Below, piece by piece: positions 54,457 through 64,000 of a DNA stretch of 64,000 nt. The translations under genes and the position numbers were made by a program. The notes beneath the pieces are model-generated. The model saw nothing but the letters and a program-made list of their open reading frames with translations, was not told where the DNA came from and ran no database searches. Source of the DNA: an uncultured delta proteobacterium (GTDB lineage: Bacteria > Myxococcota_A > Polyangia > Polyangiales > Polyangiaceae); contig CAWKKR010000009.1 in NCBI GenBank assembly GCA_963850305.1, positions 32,001 through 96,000 of the forward strand, read 5' to 3'. Within the stretch, counting starts at the first letter, position 1. Each line of letters opens with the position of its first letter.

Positions 54457-54841
54457 CGGTACCTGCGTTCAAGGGACGCTCCACGAAACACTCATTAGGA
54501 GATGATGACGGCAGGTCAACTCGCACCTCATGGTCATGAGCAGCGTGCATCGTGCGCGAGGACGCAGGAATTGCGTCCAGCTTGGGCGCTCTTGGACATG
54601 ATGCGATCATTCGATCACGGGCCTGGTCAAGCAACCGGGCCGCGCACCGGGAACTGCGCGCACCCTCGTGACGCCGTGGAGACATCAAAGATCTTCCTAC
54701 GACCATCGTGGTGGTCACGTGCGAGGCTCCATTTTCGGTGAGGCACTTTGCCACAAATACTGGAGCCGTGCTCACGCACGTCCCGAGGGCCTGAACTTTT
54801 CCGATGTAGATGCGTCTGGATCGCCTATCATTGCCCTTCGA

Positions 54842-54948
54842 CGCCGGAGACCAGGGCGACCAACCCCGTCCTCGTCGTCGACCCGCCGCTCCCCGCCGTC
54901 CCACGACGGCCCCGGGCCGTCAAGGACGGGGATTTTCGGTACATTTTG
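54842..54948 (+). repeat. Terminal repeat R, copy B (107 bp)
   Basis: CGCCGGAGACCAGGGCGACCAACCCC..CGGTACATTTTG. Confidence 0.95.
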
Positions 54949-55030
54949 ACCAATTCCAGGTGGCACCTACGCCTTTACGTTCGAGTCTGCCGCCGCCTTG
55001 ATGGCGTTGCTCGCCGCGGCCGAGCGGGTC

Positions 55031-55146
<116 letters not shown>

Positions 55147-55485
55147 CTGAGGGATGAGGACGGCCGAGCCGCCTCGGCTGGCACAGGCCCGGACGAGCGC
55201 GTCCAGTGCGGCCTCGGTCCGTCGAAGGAGATCGACCTGAACGGGGCGGCCGCGGTCGACCCCTGAGTAGCGCCGTTTCGGCGTCTTTCCGCTCCCAGAG
55301 CGCCGCTTTGGCGAGACCCCTGTCGCGGCATCCGGCGGCTCGGAGGTGGAGACGATCACGCGTAAGCGCGGCGTTTCGATCGCGCTCGGCGCGATCGTTT
55401 CTGGGCCCGAACGCACGACGACGTAGCCCCCGGGTGAGCGGGAGCCACGTCGTCACGGCAAGCTGAGCGGCGGCGTGTTCGGAGG

Positions 55486-56238
55486 CTATTCCACCTCCTG
55501 GTCGGAGCGGCGGGACTTGCCGGTGATGCGGACGAGGAGGCCCTTGTGGACGAGGCGGTCGGCGATGGCGGAGGCGGCGGCGCTGTTGTGGAACAGCGTG
55601 CCCCAGTCCTTGAAAGGGAGATTGGTGGTGACGATGGTGGAGACGCGCTGGTAGCGCTTGTTGAATACCTGGTAGAGGAGGTCGGCGCCGCGGGCGTCGA
55701 AGCTCAGGTAGCCGAGCTCGTCGATCAGGAGAAGGTCGGGTGTGGACCAGGCAGCGAGGCGACGATGCAGGGTATTTCGGGCCTGCGCGGCGACGAGGTC
55801 GTTGACGAGATCGGCGGCGAGGACGAAGCGGACGCGGTGCCCGCGGAGGCAAGCGAGCTGGCCGATGGCGTTGGCGAGGTGGGTCTTGCCGACGCCGCTG
55901 GGGCCGAGGAAGACGCAGTTGGCCTTGTCGCGAATGAATTCGAGGGAAGCGGCGCGGATGACGATGTCGCGATCGATGGTCTTGGGGTAGTCGAAGTCGT
56001 AGGTGTCGACGGTGGTGAGGGGGAAGATGGCGGAGCGCTTCAGGGCGGCGCGAGCGCGGCCTTCGAGCTGCACGCGGAGCTGCTCTCTCATCAGGTGGTC
56101 GAGGAGAGCGGTGGGCGACTCGTTGCGGGTGATGGCCTTCTGGGACGCCGCGTCGAGCTCGCCCGCGGCGTGGTCGAGGCCGAGGGTGCGGAGCACGTCC
56201 TCGAGGGACAGGGAGGTGGCGACGTCATCCGTCGCCAT
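55486..56238 (-). CDS. istB: IS21 helper AAA+ ATPase IstB
   Basis: FLGPSGVGKTHLA, LLIDELGY, TTNLPF, DRLVH, GKSRR (alternative start 56307). Confidence 0.95.
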   Translation of the reverse strand: MATDDVATSLSLEDVLRTLGLDHAAGELDAASQKAITRNESPTALLDHLMREQLRVQLEGRARAALKRSAIFPLTTVDTYDFDYPKTIDRDIVIRAASLEFIRDKANCVFLGPSGVGKTHLANAIGQLACLRGHRVRFVLAADLVNDLVAAQARNTLHRRLAAWSTPDLLLIDELGYLSFDARGADLLYQVFNKRYQRVSTIVTTNLPFKDWGTLFHNSAAASAIADRLVHKGLLVRITGKSRRSDQEVE

Positions 56239-57766
56239 CGGAGGGATCGGAGTCGGGGGGGTCTCGGTCGGGGATTTCGAATGTTTCGGGGGTTTCGAAG
56301 AGGGCATCGTAGGTCTCCAGTGGATGGGGCTCGACGATGATCTCGTCGGCCGTGGTGTTGCCGGTGACGATGGGCTCGGGGGGCTCGCCGAGGCCGCGAG
56401 CGAAGCGGCTCTGGTCGATGAGGGCGCGGACGTTGCGGACGCCGAAGGTGCGAGCGGCGAGCGCGCGCTTCATGCCCTCGGCGACGTCGGCCTCGCCGTA
56501 GAGCACGACGAGGCGCTGGAGCTTCTGGATCTCGCCTTCGAGATCGATGCGCCGCCGTGCGATCTCCTGGAGGTAGACGCGGGATTCCGGCGAGAGAGCG
56601 GCGAGGCGATCGCGCCGACGTGGGGCGTGCGCCGCGGGGCGCTTTTCGAGCATCGCATCGATGTGAGCCCGGTCTTCGATAGGTTGCCGACGCCCCCAGC
56701 AGCGCGCGTGCTCGGCGACGACGGCGCCGCCGGCGACGATGCGCACGGTGGTGTCGTCGGCGCGAAGATGAACGCTCTGCCCAACGAGGCGATGGGGAAC
56801 GGAGTAGGTGTTGGTGTCGAGGTGGACGCGGGCCTCCTTCGAGACGACCATCGGCAGGACGAGGTCGGTGTCGAAGGTGTGCTCCGGCAGGGGGCGGAGA
56901 CGGGGCCGCTCGAGGAGGAGGCGCTCCAGCGGGCGCTCCCGCGTGGTGCCGTGAATGCGGGCGTTGGCGGTGTGCTCGGCCCAGGCGGAGACCTGGGCGC
57001 GCAGATCGGCGAGAGACGAGAAGGTCCGGCCGTAGAAGAAGGAGTGGCGGATGTATTTGATGGCGGCCTCGACGCCGCCCTTGAACTCCGGGTAGCGAAC
57101 GGGGGCTGCGACGGGCTCGAAGAGGTAGTGGCCGGCGAAGCCGAGGAACGCCGGGTTGAACTGCACGGTGGAGCCGACGTGGTGCAGGACGACGCTCTTG
57201 AGATTGTCGTAGACGATGCGCTTCGGGACGCCGCCGAAGAACGCGAGGGCGCGCTGGTGCATGCGCAGGAACGTGTCCATGCGCATGTCGAGGGAGAAGT
57301 CGACGTAGATGGCGCGCGACCAGCGCATCACCATCGCGAACGCGGAGAGGGGGCGCTGTGTGTTACCGACACGCCAGTGCCCGAACGAGCCCCAGTCGAC
57401 CTGGGCCTGCTCGCCCGGCTCGGTCTCGATGCGGAGGTAGGCTTTGCGGGCGCGCGGGGCTCGGACCTTGGCGACGTAGCGGCGGAGCTGCGCGATCCCT
57501 CCTTTGAACCCCGCGCCCTGGAGCTCCATGAAGAGGCGGACGGCGGTGAGATCCGGGTGCTCGGTGAGGCGCCGGATGATGTGCTCCCGGAATGGATCGA
57601 GCTCGGAGGGGGCCGGAGGACGATGCTCGGTCACGCCATCCGGATCGCGGATGGCGCGACGGACGACGGAGTGATGGACGCCGAAGCGCCGGGCGGCGGT
57701 CTCGATCTTCCACCCCTCCCGGAGGACGAGCCGTCGCATCGCGGCGCGGATCTCCGGGGTGATCAT
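56225..57766 (-). CDS. istA: IS21 transposase IstA
   Basis: ETEPGEQAQVDW, FFGGVP..YDNLKSVV, KGGVE, RIHGTT, NTYSVP. Confidence 0.95.
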   Translation of the reverse strand: MITPEIRAAMRRLVLREGWKIETAARRFGVHHSVVRRAIRDPDGVTEHRPPAPSELDPFREHIIRRLTEHPDLTAVRLFMELQGAGFKGGIAQLRRYVAKVRAPRARKAYLRIETEPGEQAQVDWGSFGHWRVGNTQRPLSAFAMVMRWSRAIYVDFSLDMRMDTFLRMHQRALAFFGGVPKRIVYDNLKSVVLHHVGSTVQFNPAFLGFAGHYLFEPVAAPVRYPEFKGGVEAAIKYIRHSFFYGRTFSSLADLRAQVSAWAEHTANARIHGTTRERPLERLLLERPRLRPLPEHTFDTDLVLPMVVSKEARVHLDTNTYSVPHRLVGQSVHLRADDTTVRIVAGGAVVAEHARCWGRRQPIEDRAHIDAMLEKRPAAHAPRRRDRLAALSPESRVYLQEIARRRIDLEGEIQKLQRLVVLYGEADVAEGMKRALAARTFGVRNVRALIDQSRFARGLGEPPEPIVTGNTTADEIIVEPHPLETYDALFETPETFEIPDRDPPDSDPSDGDG

Positions 57767-58146
57767 CGCTGGCCCGTCGCCGCGAACGAGATGAGCTGCC
57801 GGGCGTCGGTGAAGGAGCCCATGCCTTCCAGGAACCGGTCGTGTTTGCGGCAGGGCGGGACGGCGACCCACTCGACGCGCACGGCGCGCTCCGGTGCGTC
57901 ACCGAGGAGTAGGGCCCAGTGCTCGGGGCGGCGGCGCACGTCCCCGGCATCCGCATCGAGCACAGCGTGCAACGGCAGGCCGTACCAGAGGGAGAGCGCC
58001 TCGAGCAGCATCATCAGGGCTCGCCCGTCGGCGGGCTCGGGCGGCAGTCGGGCTTTCAGCGACGTGCCGGCAGAGGGCTCCGAGAGCAGGAGCCGGATCT
58101 CCGAGCCCTCGGGCTCGATCGACAACCACAGCGGGAGGGACGACAT
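57763..58146 (-). CDS. IS21-associated hypothetical protein
   Basis: Stop overlaps the istA ATG (ATGA); LKARLP..RAL..LLEALSLW. Confidence 0.65.
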   Translation of the reverse strand: MSSLPLWLSIEPEGSEIRLLLSEPSAGTSLKARLPPEPADGRALMMLLEALSLWYGLPLHAVLDADAGDVRRRPEHWALLLGDAPERAVRVEWVAVPPCRKHDRFLEGMGSFTDARQLISFAATGQR

Positions 58147-58483
58147 CGATGTGAATCTCCAGCGCGGTCGTCGGTGCCGCGGGCGTCGTGCCCGCAGCCG
58201 TGACCGGCACCTCGACGGGTACAGGTGGGCACTCGGCCGCGGAATGTTGTGGAGTCACGCCCCGGGCGGCTTTCTTCCGGTCCCGGTATTCCTGCTGCCG
58301 ATCCCGATGGTTTCCCGGGCCCCACTCCGTCTTCCGTTGCTTCTTGCTCGCCGTCCGCCACTGCGCCCGGCGCGCGACCCGTGCGCATTTCGGCGAGCAG
58401 TACCGGCATCGCCGGTCGCACCGTCGGCAGAGCAAGAAGTCGCCGCCGCAGATGGGGCAGAGGCGCTCCGCGAGCTCGTCCAG
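57899..58483 (-). CDS. IS21-associated zinc-finger protein (start uncertain)
   Basis: CPICGGDFLLCRRCDRRCRYCSPKC, basic helix with HRDRQQEYR. Confidence 0.6.
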   Translation of the reverse strand: MDELAERLCPICGGDFLLCRRCDRRCRYCSPKCARVARRAQWRTASKKQRKTEWGPGNHRDRQQEYRDRKKAARGVTPQHSAAECPPVPVEVPVTAAGTTPAAPTTALEIHIDVVPPAVVVDRARGLGDPAPALGALCRHVAESPTAARARRRASPDDAARGALPLVRPAVARCARCGCRGRAPPPRALGPTPR

Positions 58484-58729
58484 GTGGGCACGGCGACCCC
58501 CGCGAAGTGGACAGCCCAGCCTCGCCCATGCGATGCACCGCGCCGCAGCGGACGGCCTATTCCGTCCTGCCGGACGGCTCGGAGCGGGAACTCTGGGCCG
58601 TCCCCCTTTCGAGGGCGCGCCGAGCTACGCGACGCCCGTCAGGCTGGCCAAGAAACTCGAGCCCGCGCTACGAGTCGAACCCCGCGCTCGCCGTGATCGG
58701 GAACCCGCGCTTCGGCGTGATCGTCTCCA

Positions 58730-59413
58730 CTCAGTCTCTTGCCTGGACACCAGGCCCACGAGATCCCTGTCGTCATCCACGACAAGGAACGAGACCAGAA
58801 GATCGCTGGTCGGCTCGTAGTGATGCGTCTCCCGGAGGCGCAAGCCGAGAAGGCTCGCGCTCGACTCGTTCGCGAGCGAGGCACGCGCGTCTCGGACCTC
58901 GACCGAGAAGCGGCAAGCTATGTTGTCTTGTTCACCACGGTGCCGAAGTCCCGACTCGACGCCGAGCGTTGCCTCGCGCTCTACCGCCTGCGCTGGCAAG
59001 TCGAGTTGCTCTTCAAACGATGGAAGTCTCTGTGCGGCCTCGATCGCCTGCCGAACTACCTCGACGAGACGATACACGCCTGGCTCTACGGAAAAGTGCT
59101 TCTCGCACTTCTGATGCAGCGGATGGCGGCCTCCGCGCTTTCCCCCCGGAGCCGTCGAATTCGTCTCGACGCCGACGACCCGCCGTGGACGCACCAACCG
59201 TGGAAGCTGACCTCGCTGCTGTGGGCGGCGCTCATCCGCTCGCTGCTCCCCCTCACGCTGCATGACCTGCTCGCTCGCCTCCCCGGGATCCTCGAACGCC
59301 TCGACCACGCAGACGAGGAAGGAAACTGGCGAGCTGACACCGACCGCTCCCGTCCACGTCAGATCCACGACTTCCGCTCATGCCTGCCGGCGCGGCTCCG
59401 ACGTGCGGCCTGA
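58730..59413 (+). pseudogene. IS4-family transposase C-terminal half, 5' part lost at the IS21 end
   Basis: YRLRWQVELLFKRWKS (YREK signature). Confidence 0.85.
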
Positions 59414-59428
59414 GGTGATAACGGCGAT

Positions 59429-59522
59429 GGCGACCAACCCCGTCCTCGTCGTCGACCCGCCGCTCCCCGCCGTCCCACGACGGCCCCGGGCCGTCAAGGA
59501 CGGGGATTTTCGGTACATTTTG
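59429..59522 (+). repeat. Terminal repeat R, copy C
   Basis: GGCGACCAACCCC..CGGTACATTTTG, starting 16 nt after the IS4 stop. Confidence 0.95.
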
Positions 59523-59525
59523 GTT

Positions 59526-59554
59526 GGGGTGTCCACGAAAGCGGGGGATCATCA
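59526..59554 (+). mobile_element. Isolated IS3-like right-end remnant
   Basis: GGGGTGTCCACGAAAGCGGGGGATCATCA resembles IS3-family IRR. Confidence 0.45.
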
Positions 59555-59613
59555 GGGCGGTGCCGCTGGTAGCCGCCAGCACGCTGGCCGTCGAGAGGAA
59601 CGGCGGGAGCTAC

Positions 59614-60144
59614 TCATCCCTTGTCACATCCTGGATCGAGCAGCGTTGCTAGGGGGGCGCAAAAAGCGCTTAACTGCGGCGCGCCGCAGGGCAGAGTCGC
59701 CGTCGCGCAAGCCATGATCTCGCTACGGTGGGCCACGTAAAAATCCAACATACCCTTGCAACAGCTCGTGATCTGCACGTCCGGCTCGTTCTCCTCGCAC
59801 GCAGCACTCGAAGGAGCCCCAATGCATGCATTCACCTGTCCACAGAACACATCGTACAAGGACTGTGCGAGTCCGCTCATTTCGTCGAAGGTGACCGCCA
59901 CCGAAGGTGAGCCAGGTCCCGCACTCAACGTCCGGCCGTCAATCCCCGCTTGGGTCGCGCAAAGGGTGCCGGCACCGACGCAAGATCCGCCTGGCGTACA
60001 TTTTGCCGAACTTCCATAGACCGCACAGTCCGTGTCCTTCGCGCAGGGGTACTCATTCGTCTTGCTCCCAGAGCACGACGCAATGACCGCAAGTACGCCT
60101 ACGGCAATACTTGCGCGCACGGCGCTTATCAAAAAAACGCGCAA
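59614..60144 (-). CDS. Cys-rich lipoprotein
   Basis: IASC lipobox, many Cys. Confidence 0.7.
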   Translation of the reverse strand: MRVFLISAVRASIAVGVLAVIASCSGSKTNEYPCAKDTDCAVYGSSAKCTPGGSCVGAGTLCATQAGIDGRTLSAGPGSPSVAVTFDEMSGLAQSLYDVFCGQVNACIGAPSSAACEENEPDVQITSCCKGMLDFYVAHRSEIMACATATLPCGAPQLSAFCAPLATLLDPGCDKG

Positions 60145-61073
60145 CGTTCCCCCTGTTTGCAGTTTTGGAAACTCATTAGCAATGACCCATCAGCGAGCGG
60201 CTGCGCCGTGGCCGCCGACGACGAGAGGGCCGGAGCTGGTTGCGTGGTCGCCTGCACCGACCCATCAGGCACCGCCTGCGTGCTCGACGCGAACACCGGC
60301 CTCACCATGCCTGGATGACCATACGCGGCCTTCATGGCGGCTGGCACAAGCCGACTGATCTTTGCTCCGCTACCAGAAGAAAGCGACAGACTTACCCCGT
60401 GAACAAGCATGCTGCCTGTTGTGAGGCACTTGCCACTCGATGGCAAGCACGCCGATATCGGGTTGCCCGCAGCATCCTCAAAGATATGGCTCGAAGAACT
60501 TGCATCGAAATTTACCGGTTGCGAGAATAGCAAAGTTACTTCGTCCTGTTTGGACGGATCATTGGACTGACTTACGCTTTCAATATACACGATGTCTCCA
60601 GTGTAGACACTTAACGAAAATCCAGCACATCCGAGAATTGCAACGCTGTCGGGCACCGAAGAAGCCACTACGGAGTACCAGGCCCCCTGCAGCAGCGGCG
60701 CTACAGAAGCGATATCAATTTGCGTGGCACCGTTGTTACCGAACGCACCACTAACCTGCACCGGCACCGCCTTTCCTGAACTATCAGAGACCGATACTGC
60801 AGTCGCCACTCGGGCCGCAACATCGCTCGCCGACATCAATCCGTTCGCCAACAACTGGACATGAAGGTTTACGCCGAGCCCGCTCTGTACCAAATACGTC
60901 GGCTGATATAAATATACCATGTATGGAAGAATCGCCGACGCCGCTTGACTGCTCGGTGATGCCGCGAGAATTGCTGGCTGTCCAGACCGCGGCGACGATT
61001 GCCCGGTGCCGCACGCCGGGCCGCCAGAAATAGCTAAACAAGCACAGACGGCCAATTTCCAAAACTTTCGCAT
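60129..61073 (-). CDS. Putative lipoprotein, beta-rich/Ig-like
   Basis: MRKFWKLAVCACLAISGGPAC leader; RBS-like AAAGGGGA. Confidence 0.65.
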   Translation of the reverse strand: MRKFWKLAVCACLAISGGPACGTGQSSPRSGQPAILAASPSSQAASAILPYMVYLYQPTYLVQSGLGVNLHVQLLANGLMSASDVAARVATAVSVSDSSGKAVPVQVSGAFGNNGATQIDIASVAPLLQGAWYSVVASSVPDSVAILGCAGFSLSVYTGDIVYIESVSQSNDPSKQDEVTLLFSQPVNFDASSSSHIFEDAAGNPISACLPSSGKCLTTGSMLVHGVSLSLSSGSGAKISRLVPAAMKAAYGHPGMVRPVFASSTQAVPDGSVQATTQPAPALSSSAATAQPLADGSLLMSFQNCKQGERCAFF

Positions 61074-61093
61074 GTTCGTCCCCTTTGTGTCAT

Positions 61094-62608
61094 TCACGGT
61101 GTGACAGTAACCCCGTTTGCATAAAACTGGGCGCTTGTACGCAACGAATCCCATTGATCAGGCAGCACCCCAGCAGGCGGCCGTGAATACGGCACTAAAC
61201 CAGCCGCAGCAAGGAGACTCCAATTGTCCTGTCCGGCGGCACAGCGACCGGCCGGCGGCACTCCGCCCGCAACCGGATCCAAGCAATGATCAGTCGCAGT
61301 ACAAAGGGTATGCGAATCGTATGGGCCGTCCATGATGGTATGGCCGCACCATGGTTCATTGCCGTTAATGTATTCATCACCAAACGACAGCATGCTATGC
61401 CCAAACTCATGAGCAATGTAGAAGGAAATGCTATCCACATTACTGTATTGCGTGCAACCCCTGGCAGGATCAGGAATGTAAGTTCGGTAACCCGGAATGC
61501 TCTTGAAGCCACAACCGTCCACGGGCTTTAATACGAAATCACAGCCGGCCACCGGACCACAGTACGGATAAAGACTAGGATCCCCGCTACTGGAGCACGT
61601 ACCGGTTGGAACGATTTTATGAGTCCAAGTCATCGGCCAAATACCGCCGTTAGTATATTGAGCGACGCGCCCGGAGAGCTCCTTAAGGAACTGAACATAA
61701 GGAGCCCAGTAGGGCGCTGTTGTACTTAATGGTATCTCACCGCAGATTGTATAAGCGGTCTTGGTGGTAGTCGGGTACGCCGACACGTGAAGCACATAGT
61801 GTGCTGCGCCTACGTAAGAATGTATCCCAATATAATATGTCCCGTTCCCTTGCGACGGCAGGTTTATGAATGCTCCTCCGCCAGCAATAGTCCCAGTAGA
61901 ATTCCCAGAAAAGTCAATGTAGTCGTAAGAAGTCTGGTCCGGGAACCGGTTGGTCTTGCTGACGTAAAGATCTAGATCGGGAGACGTGGTCGGGGATGCA
62001 AGAACCTCAACGGAAATCGCGACTCTTTCGTTTGGAGAATGCGAAACATTGAAGTAGTGAGTGTCCCCGGTACCTAACAGGACACCCTCGATTCTATAAT
62101 TGTTACCTATGTTCCAGCTAACCGGTGGGGGAATGGTAGCCGAGCACACCAGTGCCAGTGAGTTAACTGTAGGCGTTGAGGCTTCGTTGCCTGAAGCGTC
62201 AGTCTTCCATAAAAACTGGATGTTGTTAGGATATTGGGTAGTTGAATCTCCAATAAGAAGCGCGCCGGCAAAGCCGTTTGGGTTGTTTCCCGTGTACATG
62301 TAGCCCTCGTAGGCACTGGCTATCGACAAAAAGTCGCTACCATTTAGCCAGACGTTGTTCAGGCTGGGGACAACTATCCCAACGGTTGGCGAGAAGAACA
62401 CAGACCAATATGAGTACTCATTGTTGTTATAAAAACCAGGAGCTTGTGAATAGCGCTCGAACTCGGCGGTGCCGGTGTTTACTGGCAGGACCGTCGGGCT
62501 GTAAACGTTCGTCGAGCAGCTCTGATAGCTAAACGCCGCCCTCGCGGTAGTTAGCGGCAAGAACGTTGCCGTACACATCACAGCAGCTACGCACGTGGAG
62601 TGACGCAT
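61094..62608 (-). CDS. Secreted zinc metalloprotease-like protein with PPC domain
   Basis: Signal peptide (ARA-A), DLDLYV..GTYYIGIHSY PPC motif, IAHEFGHSMLSFGDEY HEXXH motif. Confidence 0.75.
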   Translation of the reverse strand: MRHSTCVAAVMCTATFLPLTTARAAFSYQSCSTNVYSPTVLPVNTGTAEFERYSQAPGFYNNNEYSYWSVFFSPTVGIVVPSLNNVWLNGSDFLSIASAYEGYMYTGNNPNGFAGALLIGDSTTQYPNNIQFLWKTDASGNEASTPTVNSLALVCSATIPPPVSWNIGNNYRIEGVLLGTGDTHYFNVSHSPNERVAISVEVLASPTTSPDLDLYVSKTNRFPDQTSYDYIDFSGNSTGTIAGGGAFINLPSQGNGTYYIGIHSYVGAAHYVLHVSAYPTTTKTAYTICGEIPLSTTAPYWAPYVQFLKELSGRVAQYTNGGIWPMTWTHKIVPTGTCSSSGDPSLYPYCGPVAGCDFVLKPVDGCGFKSIPGYRTYIPDPARGCTQYSNVDSISFYIAHEFGHSMLSFGDEYINGNEPWCGHTIMDGPYDSHTLCTATDHCLDPVAGGVPPAGRCAAGQDNWSLLAAAGLVPYSRPPAGVLPDQWDSLRTSAQFYANGVTVTP

Positions 62609-62874
62609 ACCATGGTTCTCCTCATTTAGTGGCTATACCCCATTGTCGAAGAAACATTATCGCGTCGGCACGAGTGATGTCAACGGAGAAGTGATGTCAA
62701 CGGAGAAATGACCATGGGGCCGGTCACAACCAATGCCCCTGCAAACGTTCTCGGTCTGCGCGTACCATTCGCGGGCCTATGAGTAACAAATCCGGTACTT
62801 GTGCTGTGTCAGGATGCCCGGAAGCGGCACGTAGGGTGGCCAGAGATCCGGTACTTTCCGGGTAACCTCTTGCC

Positions 62875-63343
62875 CAAAATGTACCGGAAATCCCCGTCCC
62901 TGACGGCCCGGGGCCGTCCGTGGACGGGTGGGGATCGCCGTCGGAGCGCGAGCACCGACGTGATCCGCGGGCCGATTTGCTGATGGGATGAGCCGAATGG
63001 AGGGGTCCCCGACGTCGAAGGGTTGCGACACACCAAGGACGAAAGGAAGCCCGATGGACATCGTGACCCGAACTGCGTTTCTCGCCAAGCCCGAAGTGAA
63101 GGAAGTCGTGTGCGATCTGCGACGACTGGTTCGAAGTGCGCTTCCGCACGGCAATTTTGCAGAACGTGAGGAGGCAGCGCTCACGATCTTCGACGAGGCA
63201 ATGCGTTCGGTGCTCGAAGAGGAGCTTCAACACGTCGCCGGAGACCAGGGCGACCAACCCCGTCCTCGTCGTCGACCCGCCGCTCCCCCGCCGTCCCACG
63301 ACGGCCCCGGGCCGTCAAGGACGGGGATTTTCGGTACATTTTG
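62875..63343 (+). mobile_element. 469-bp miniature element bounded by inverted copies of R (copy D 62875-~62935 inverted; copy E 63236-63343)
   Basis: CAAAATGTACCGGAAATCCCCGTCCCTGACGGCCCGGGGCCGTC matches the reverse complement of the right end at 42/44; internal ORF start at 63054 resembles an ISKra4-like transposase N-terminus. Confidence 0.85.
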
Positions 63344-64000
63344 GAACGAGCAGATGCTCGGGGCGTTGGGTGATCTCGGTCCCGCTCTTGGCATGACTGG
63401 AGAGCTCGGCGTAGGAGGACGCATCGCCCACCAGAATGCCGCCGAGGACCTTCTTCCGGTCGTCGCTGAGGACGAGCTTCTTGTAGATGCCGGTGGCGCC
63501 GTCGAAGAGACTGACGACTTTCGAGCCCGCGGTCACGCCGAACGCGTCTCCGAAGCTCGCGACGTCCACGCCGAGGAGCTTGAGCTTCGTGCTCATGTCG
63601 AACCCGGTGAACGCCCCGGCGTCGCTCGCGAGCTGGGCCGCGACGACCTCGGCCATGCGGTATCCGGGGGCCACCAGACCATACGTCCGGTTGGCGAGCG
63701 CCGCGCATTCACCGATGGCGAACACGTCGGGGTCCGTGGTCCGGCAACTCTCGTCGATCGCGATGCCGCCGCGGTCGCCGAGCGCGAGTCCGGAATGGCG
63801 CGCGAGCTCGTCGCGCGCACGGATCCCCGCCGAGAATACGACGATGTCCGCCGGGAGCTCGCCCTCGTCCTCGAACCGAACGGCGGAGACTCGCCCCTCG
63901 TCGTCCGCCAGGATCGATTGGGTCTTCGCGCTCGTGTGAACGACGATGCCGAGCGCCTCGATGCGGCTCCGGAGCACCGCGGCGCCCACGTCGTCCACCT
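63315..64000 (-). pseudogene. nirB: Nitrite reductase large subunit (NirB-like) N-terminal part, 3'-truncated by repeat R; 5' part outside the window
   Basis: VVFSAGIRARDELA, FAIGECA, YGLVAPGYRMA, DMSTKLKLLGVDVASFGD, YKKLV; ends KCTENPRP* from R before the Fe-S/siroheme domains. Confidence 0.85.

Larger units (their letters stand above)
55347..58729 (-). mobile_element. IS21-family element with two accessory ORFs
   Basis: Terminal IRs TGGAGACGATCACG / CGTGATCGTCTCCA; istA and istB; no target duplication visible. Confidence 0.9.

Noticed and set aside
56003..58696. 897-aa plus-strand ORF
   Set aside because: Antisense shadow of istA/istB in high-GC DNA
62875..63343. Tn7-like TGT..ACA ends with a 5-bp TSD
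   Set aside because: The flanking CAAAA/TTTTG is inverted and invariant, so it belongs to the IR; no tns genes

Overview
High-GC window that reads as Myxococcota (Polyangiaceae/Sorangiineae-like), inferred from the Ser/Thr kinase-PEGA pairs, a MYXO-CTERM-like tail and Myxococcus-type LexA boxes. 1-33.9 kb is mostly core chromosome: a kinase pair, the imuA-imuB-dnaE2 SOS mutagenesis cassette with two LexA-like boxes, smc, fmdB-pheA-hisC-aroA-cmk-...-rpsA, an AI-2E transporter, an isolated FlhA/SctV-family gene, FIST, PP2C, ddl and a fused membrane/spermidine synthase. An accessory region starts at tRNA-Glu(TTC) (33928-34001). Two integrative elements sit in tandem there, one with a frameshifted large serine recombinase and one with a tyrosine integrase, separated by a 21-bp copy of the tRNA 3' end; both integrase reading frames run through the att core. 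Cargo includes wrecked SIR2/OLD-like defence genes, a rhomboid, a DUF3854/Toprim-like gene, a kinase-PEGA-lipoprotein-FGE operon and a cREC/exonuclease module. From 52 kb onward the DNA is a mosaic of gene fragments and IS debris, punctuated by five copies of an ~107-bp structured terminal sequence ending GATTTTCGGTACATTTTG. Its outer end abuts interrupted genes or IS ends with no target duplication, and it is the most intriguing signal in the window. All family calls are from motif recognition only; no searches were run. Several single-base frameshifts may be assembly errors.
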